A stretch of 64,000 bases of DNA, from assembly GCA_964016885.1 (NCBI GenBank), contig OZ024766.1, forward strand, positions 19,406,001-19,470,000, given 5' to 3'. A model generated the notes under the pieces. That model was not told where the DNA came from. It saw nothing but the letters and a program-made list of their open reading frames with translations, and made no database searches. A program made the position numbers and the translations under genes. How positions within the stretch are numbered: position 1 is the first letter of the stretch; each line of letters opens with the position of its first letter. Source of the DNA: Eledone cirrhosa (Eukaryota). Below, in pieces: positions 56,663-64,000 of this stretch.

Positions 56663-57940
56663 TTATGGGTTCTCAGTCATATGGGTACGTTTGTGTCTAG
56701 TTAAGGTACCACCTTCAGTGAATGATTTACCACAGATATCACAGTGGTATGGCTTGTCTCCTGTATGGGTACGTAAGTGTTTAGTTAAGCTACTTCTTTC
56801 AGTGAATGATATACCACAGGTATCACAGTGGTATGGCTTGTCTCCTGTATGTATACGTTTGTGTCTAGTTAATGTACCATTTATAAAGAATGATTTACCA
56901 CAGATATCACAGTGGTATGGCTTGTCTCCTGTATGGGTACGTAAGTGTGAAGTTAAGTTACTACTATCAGAGAATGATTTACCACAGATATCACAGTGGT
57001 ATGGCTGGTCTCCTGTATGTATACGTTTGTGTCTAGTTAAGGTACTACTAACAGAGAATGATATACCACAGATATCACAGTGGTATGGCTTGTCGCCTGT
57101 ATGTATACGTTTGTGTGTAGTTAAGTGACTACTATCAGAGAATGATTTACCACAGATATCACAGAGGTGTGGCTTCTCTCCTGTATGTATACGTTTGTGG
57201 GAAGTTAAGTGGCTACTTTGAGAGAATGATTTACCACAGACATCGCAGTGGTATGGCTTGTCTGCTGTATGGGTATATTTGTGTTTAGTTAAGTCACTAC
57301 TATCAGAGAATGATATACCACAGATATCACAGTGGTATGGCTTGTCTCCTGTATGTATACGTATGTGTCTAGTTAAGGTACTACTTCGAGAGAATGATTT
57401 ACCACAGATATCACAGTGGTGTGGCTTCTCTCCTGTATGCATACGTTTGTGGCAAGTTAACTGACCACTTTGAGAGAATGATTTACCACAGATATCGCAG
57501 TGGTATGGCTTGTCTCCTGTATGTATACGTTTGTGTGGAATTAACTGACCATTTCGAGAGAATGATTTACCACAGATTTCGCAGTGGTATGGCTTGTCTC
57601 CTGTATGTATACGATTGTGGCAAGTTAAGTGGCTACTTTGAGAGAATGATTTACCACAGATATCACAATGGTATGGCTTGTCTCCTGTATGTGTACGTTT
57701 GTGTGGAATTAACTGACCACTTCCAGAGAATGATTTACCACAGATTTCGCAGTGGTATGGCTTGTCTCCTGTATGTATACGTATGTGTCTAGTTAAGTTA
57801 CTACTTATATAGAATGATTTACCACAGACATCACAGTGATATGGTTTCTCTCCTCTAGACTTTGGCATCTCTTCTGGAATAGCTATATCTCTAGACAATG
57901 TTTCACATTTAATCTTCTTTTCACTCAATTTAGTTTCCAT
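56663..57940 (-). CDS. C2H2 zinc-finger protein Z5, 14 fingers (close paralog of Z2)
   Basis: 425-aa ORF ending HMTENP*. Confidence 0.93.
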   Translation of the reverse strand: METKLSEKKIKCETLSRDIAIPEEMPKSRGEKPYHCDVCGKSFYISSNLTRHIRIHTGDKPYHCEICGKSFSGSGQLIPHKRTHTGDKPYHCDICGKSFSQSSHLTCHNRIHTGDKPYHCEICGKSFSRNGQLIPHKRIHTGDKPYHCDICGKSFSQSGQLTCHKRMHTGEKPHHCDICGKSFSRSSTLTRHIRIHTGDKPYHCDICGISFSDSSDLTKHKYTHTADKPYHCDVCGKSFSQSSHLTSHKRIHTGEKPHLCDICGKSFSDSSHLTTHKRIHTGDKPYHCDICGISFSVSSTLTRHKRIHTGDQPYHCDICGKSFSDSSNLTSHLRTHTGDKPYHCDICGKSFFINGTLTRHKRIHTGDKPYHCDTCGISFTERSSLTKHLRTHTGDKPYHCDICGKSFTEGGTLTRHKRTHMTENP

Positions 57941-59248
57941 GTTTCTTCTTACCTTGGCAGAATTTACAGATGTTATTCTTGTCTTATTTTATATATTATA
58001 TTCCTGAAGATATTTCTTCTGCTATATTTCCGGCAACGGTGATCTCAGTCAAGATCTGAAGATGATGCAAACTTCTTTCTGATCCAAGTTTAGTTAAGAT
58101 TCAAAATAATCTTGTAAATATTTCAGATGCTGATGAAACAATACTTTTCCAAGACACACAGTTCTGAGGAAATATCTCACACTAATTCTGCCGTAGATTT
58201 ATATAAACAGTGTTATATGAGTTCTGTATCAAAACCTTTAGTCTTGAAATGATGATAAATAGAGGGGATGTATTCAAGATTAAAAAATTATTTTATCCCA
58301 ATGTCATTTGATATTCTGAAATAAGAAAGAAACATGATGAGACAATAGAGAATACTTTAGAAACAGAGATAGATTTAACATTGGAAATTTTATATTTCTA
58401 TATTGATAAACCAGATATCAACTTTCCTGTCCAGAGTTATTCTCTCCAATGTAAGCAGTGATATTCCACGATGCTCTATAAACTATATCCTTCTAACTTT
58501 TGGGAGGTCTGCCCTATAGCCTTTACCCAAGAACTTCATTCTTATATGACATTCTAACATGGTAATTGTCTGAGACCTGAGATGTGTAACTTGACAGTTC
58601 CTTGAGTAACAGTTCTTTCTACCTGGAAGAGAAAAAGTGCTGTGTAATTGCTTGATAACAGTCAAAGGATTCTCACACATGGCTACCCTAGGCACCCCAA
58701 TAACATGACTTGTGTTAGGCTTGTAGACACAATTAGTGGGAATTTTTATTCGTAGGGATTACATAATTTAAGCACTATTTTTTATCTTTTCTGTTTGGAT
58801 GCCTTTACTCTCATCAACCACTTTACAGCAAGGTCTGGGTGTACTGTTTGTGACACTAGAGAGGTTATTTTAATGGTCTTAAGAGCTCATATACATACAT
58901 ATATATACATATGTATAAATATTTATATGTCTATACTTATATATACATATATATATATACATATAAATTTCACCAGATAGAAAACCCGAATTAGTCATTT
59001 AGTTTACATAATGAGACCACAACCCATCCTATTTATTTTAAATGGGTGGGGTGAATTAAGAGTGGGGAGGTGGTGTAAAAAATCTGAAAATTAAATGAGT
59101 GAGGGAGGGGGGAAATTATTTGAGACCTAAGCGAGGGTAGGGGACAATTATTTGAGTCCAAAGTGAGGGTGGTGAACGATTATTTCAGAAAAAAGTGAGG
59201 GTGGGGAACGATTATTTGAGACCAAAGTGAAGGTGGGGGACAATTATT

Positions 59249-59539
59249 TGAGCTACACACACATCTACTGAGTTACACACACATCTACTGAGTTATACAC
59301 ACATCTACTGAGTTATATGCATCTAATGAGTTACACACACACACATCTACTGAGTTACACACACATCTACTGAGTTACATACACATCTACTGAGTTACAC
59401 ACACATTTACTGAGTTACATACACATCTACAGAGTTACACACACATCTACTGAGTTATACACACATCTACTGAGTTATACACACATCTACTGAGTTACAC
59501 ACACATCTACTGAGTTATACACACATCTACATAGTTATA
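59249..59539. repeat. 20-bp minisatellite array (shortest)
   Basis: CTACTGAGTTACACACACAT variants. Confidence 0.95.
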
Positions 59540-59840
59540 TTTATAAATATACACATTATACAAAATAATTATTATATACACTCACATCTATGAATGATTG
59601 AGGAAGAGCTGGTGAAACACTATAGCAATATGTGTGTTTCACCCATTTTGGTTTTACCGGCTACATAGCCTATCCGTATTCTTATATCAGATGTGTAGGT
59701 GTATTATCTTGTCTAGTTTGTATAATGTATGTATACAATATATATACACATATATATATATTCATATATACATGAATACATATATATATATATACACATA
59801 TATTTATACATACATATTTATATATACTTTATATATATAT

Positions 59841-59872
<32 letters not shown>

Positions 59873-60770
59873 CTTTATATATATAAAGTATATATATATA
59901 TATAAAGTATATATAAATATTTAGGCAGAAAATACGGGAAAAATTAGTCAGAAATATTTTAAATATAAAACGGAATAAATTAATGAAAGAAACGTAAAAC
60001 AGATAAAAATCGTTGAAATACCTTGAAAATATAAAATATAGAAGAAAGAGACAGGAATTGATTGAGTTTGAAGTAAATTAATGAATGAACGAAAGTAGGT
60101 GGGGCAGGAACAGGAAGTAAATACAGTAGAGTCTCGCAGTGAATGGTAAGGTTTAGAGTAAGAATTATTTTATTCCTGGTTGTATAAATAACATTACAAA
60201 TTATACTTAGACGAATAATGTGCTGTAGAAAATATATATATTTATATATATATATATATATATATATTTATTAAAATAACAGATTAAAGTTTAAGCAAAG
60301 AATCGCTGCTTTCACCCTTAACGGGATCTTCTGAAACTAACAAAGTCAATCTGTAAACGCAGAACTGGATATATATATATATATATACGCCAGGTTCAAA
60401 AAAGATATAGAGAAAGTACAGGTTCGCAGTGAATATCACAAGAATTATTTTATTCTTAGTTTTGTAAATAACATTACAAATTATACTTAGATGAAAAATG
60501 TGCAGTAGTAAATATATATATACATACACATAAATATGTATATATATACATACACATAAATATGTATATATATATATACATACACATAAATATGTGTATA
60601 TATATACACATAAATATGTGTAAATATATACACATAAATATGTGTATATATATACACATAAATTTGTGTATATATATACACATAAATATGTGTATATATA
60701 TACACATAAATATGTGTATATATATATATATATATATACACATAAATATGTGTATATACATATATATATA

Positions 60771-61186
60771 GAATTACCAATGAATACAGTGAAGAATTTA
60801 GTATAAAAGTTGGTGTTCATCAAGGCTCAGTCCTTAGCCCCCTCCTATTTATTATTGCCCTTCAGGCTAAAACAAAGGAGTTTAAGACTGGCTGCCCATG
60901 GGAACTTCTATACGCAGATGATCTAACAGCTGAACTAGATAAGATATTCCAAACATGGAAGCATGGCCTAGAATCAAAAGGCCTTAAAGTTAACTTGACT
61001 AAGACTAATGTTCTAGTTTGTAGGAAGGAAAATAGGGCACAGGTGTAGGAAAGGAGTAGGTAGAAATTCCATTTTATCTCCCAAATACAAACTATGGGTA
61101 CATAACAGATGCAATGGGAACACAGGCCAGCTATCTAAGAACGTAGATTTTATATGTGGCTGATGCTCAGGTGCAATAAGTAGCAA
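60771..61186 (+). mobile_element. RTE RT fragment (unit copy with YADD)
   Basis: GAACTTCTATACGCAGATGAT encodes ELLYADD; short deletion in the Cys-rich segment. Confidence 0.88.
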
Positions 61187-62996
61187 GTTCCAGATGTCAG
61201 ACCTTCAATGTATCCATACCCAGGGAGGCAAGGCATTCAGAGTATGGTAGATGGTTGATGGAGCGTATTCACTTGATTGCACGTCTCTAAACAATTTCCA
61301 GGAGGTCAATAATCTGAGCAAGATAGGGGTTCCAGACTGGTGATTCAATTTCTAAGTGTGGCCGCACCATAGCTATTTACAGCTTTAAATAGATAGATAA
61401 ATGCATGGTCGTACACTTGTACACAGCCAGCTTGAGTTGCCAGTCCGTGGTCCATTGCTGCATTGTGTCCAGATCTATAGTGTTCAGGATCTGTCCTTTT
61501 TATCTTAATAGACAGCTTGATGTCATCTGCATATTTCAGTACTGTGACACTCTTTAAGTTGCCATCTATGTCATTAAAATATGTCAACAGAATTCTCCTA
61601 TAAATTACCTGGCGAAGATTCAAAACCGAATCTAAAAGTTCTCGCATCTGGGACCACCTATCGTTGCGAGTTTCCCACCATTGTCCTGTCAAGAGACAAC
61701 AATGATGAACATACATGCCACTTGACCTGTGACCCCAGCTTCAAGATAGCTGAAACTCACATGGCTACTCATAAATCAACCCTGTATACACATCCTTCTA
61801 GCTATAGGGTAATTATAAATACAAGTACAAAGGGAATCCAGCAGCCAGACCACAAAGCAGTAGTGCTTGAGGGAATAATGATGTGAAACATTCACGTTCT
61901 ACAGACCCCTTGGGGTCTACAGACTTCTACTGACCTTTTACTATATCCCTCTCTCCTGGCCTTACTGGCTCTCACTTTCTTGGCCACAGACTACACCACC
62001 AAACAAGAGAGACCGAAGCAGCAGTCCTTGAGAGGAATAACAAATACTAAGGATACACACACACTCAGTAGGTTTCATTATACTGTTTACTACTGGGTTT
62101 TATCTATTATTTCGTCTTCCTGTTGAATCACTTCTATTGTATCGTTGTATTGATACATACATACACGCTAGCTCGAAGTAGCTAGTCAGCAAATTGATGT
62201 AGTGATAATTCCTGTCACAAATTTTATTACTTGATATTCAATGTAGCAACAAGTTAATATTGTTATTGTAAAATAAACATTGTCAACATCACAATTCTGG
62301 CATTATTCTTTTTATCATTCATACACAAAAGAATACATTTATCCACTACATATGCAACAAATAAATGGGGACACAAATTTCAACACACATACATTCACAT
62401 ATATATAGCGTATGTAAATTCTGAACGATACAGATTTGTCAGCACAAGTCTTGGTTACAACTTCTACAAATGAAATGAAAGGGGAAGAATTTCTTAGTAA
62501 AACAGTTTTATTCAAAATATTAACATTGGTGGCACTATTTTGGGTGAGTGATATGGTTTTTATCTTGTCTGAAAGTAATCTTTACAAGAGAATGATTTAC
62601 CACAGACATCACAGTGATATAGTTCCTCTCCTGTAAATGTTAGTATCTAGTGAAGCCACAACATTTAGAGAAGGATTTACTGCAGACATCACAGTGATAT
62701 AGTTCCTCTCCTGTAAACGTTAGTGCCGAATGAAGTGAGTTATTTCAGAGAATGATTTCCCACAGATATCACAGTGATATGGTCTCTCTCCTGTATGTAT
62801 ATGTTTGTGTCTAGTTGAACAAGCTATCATGGATAACAATTTACCACAAATATTACAGTGATTGGCTTTTCTCCAGTATATATATGTTTGTATGAAGTTA
62901 AGTAGCAATGAAAGAGAATTGCACAGTGGCATGGCTTCTCATATGAATGTATTTGTGTTTAATTCACCATTTTCAGACAATGAGATATTTTTTTGG

Positions 62997-64000
62997 TTAT
63001 GGGTTCTCACCCATATGGGTATATTTGTGCCTAGTTAAACTACTTGATACAGAGAATGATTTACCACAGATATCGCAGTGGTATGACTTGTCTCCTGTAT
63101 GGGTACGTATGTGTTTAGTTAAGTTACTACTTGCAGAGAAGGATTTGCCACAGATATCGCAGTGGTATGGCCTGTCTCCTGTATGTATACGTAAGTGTTT
63201 AGTTAAGGTACTACTTACAGAGAATGATTTACCACAGATATCACAGTGGTATGGCTTGTCTCCTGTATGGGTACGTTTGTGTGCAGTTAAACTACTTGAT
63301 ACAGAGAACGATTTACCACAGATATCACAGTGGTATGACTTGTCTCCTGTATGGGTACGTAAGTGTTTAATTAAGGTACTACTATCAGAGAATGATTTAC
63401 GACAGATATCACAGTGGTATGGCCTGTCTCCTGTATGTATACGTTTGTGTCTACTTAAGTTACTACTTCCAGAGAATGATATACCACAGATATCACAGTG
63501 GTATGGTTTGTCTCCAGTGTGGGTACGTTCGTGTTTAGTTAAGGTACCACCTTCAAAGAATGATTTACCACAGATATTACAGTGGTATGGCTTGTCTCCT
63601 GTATGGGGACGTAAATGTGTAGTTAACTTACTACTATCAGAGAATGATTTACCAGAGATATCGCAGCGGTATGGCCTGTCTCCTGTATGGGTACGTTTGT
63701 GTTTAGTTAAGGTACCACCTTCAGAGAATGATTTACCACAGATATCGCAGCGATATGGCCTGTCTCCTGTATGGGTACGTTTGTGTCTAGTTAAGGTACC
63801 ACTTTCAGAGAATGATTTACCACAGATTTCGCAGTGGTATGGCTTGTCTCTTGAATGTGTACGTTTGTGGCAAGTTAAGTTACTACTATCAGAGAATGAT
63901 CTACCACAGATATCACAGTGGTATGGCTTGTCTCCTGTATGTATACGTTTGTGTCTAGTTAAGTCACTACTTTGAGAGAATGATTTACCACAGATATCAC
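62997..64000 (-). CDS. C2H2 zinc-finger protein Z6, 5'-partial (~12 fingers visible)
   Basis: Finger frame runs from the window edge to ...[21 protein letters not shown] (62997-62999) with 84-bp periodicity; missing from the ORF track. Confidence 0.9.
   Translation of the reverse strand, partial: DICGKSFSQSSDLTRHKRIHTGDKPYHCDICGRSFSDSSNLTCHKRTHSRDKPYHCEICGKSFSESGTLTRHKRTHTGDRPYRCDICGKSFSEGGTLTKHKRTHTGDRPYRCDISGKSFSDSSKLTTHLRPHTGDKPYHCNICGKSFFEGGTLTKHERTHTGDKPYHCDICGISFSGSSNLSRHKRIHTGDRPYHCDICRKSFSDSSTLIKHLRTHTGDKSYHCDICGKSFSVSSSLTAHKRTHTGDKPYHCDICGKSFSVSSTLTKHLRIHTGDRPYHCDICGKSFSASSNLTKHIRTHTGDKSYHCDICGKSFSVSSSLTRHKYTHMGENP

Noticed and set aside
62947-63975. Plus-strand ORFs with [16 protein letters not shown] repeats (also over Z1-Z5)
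   Set aside because: Antisense shadow frames of the C2H2 arrays.

Overview
Eukaryotic, AT-rich, repeat-dense DNA, very likely from a coleoid cephalopod (octopus-type CDICGKSFS...HTGD/EKPYH fingers, CORE-type tRNA SINE, RTE LINEs); the species is inferred, not established. The core is a head-to-tail cluster of seven minus-strand C2H2 zinc-finger genes with no effector domain: Z0 (7833-9029, 13 fingers, diverged), Z1 (13), Z2 (14), Z3 (24), Z4 (23), Z5 (14) and Z6 (partial, ~12 visible). Z1-Z6 lie in a 6.5-8.6 kb tandem unit that also carries a predicted non-coding first exon with a hairpin, an intron with a G-rich box and a 20-bp minisatellite, a finger-derived 80-bp 3' UTR satellite, a poly(A) signal, and RTE, CR1 and LTR-like relics. 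The predicted ~12.9 kb intron of Z0 is packed with retroelements, most of which have become satellites (61, 96, 109, 112 and 49 bp units). The left edge holds an ORF missed by the ORF track, with a CCHC zinc knuckle (L1/Tx1-like ORF1), next to a 72-bp satellite. Most notable: finger blocks shuffled between paralogs; independent TGA stops in three genes in front of the same terminal finger, including TGAs at Cys codons in Z3; a minimal hammerhead ribozyme motif; a 103-bp direct repeat around a SINE that duplicates the Z0 poly(A) signal; and a SINE tail matching an RTE 3' end in the same window.
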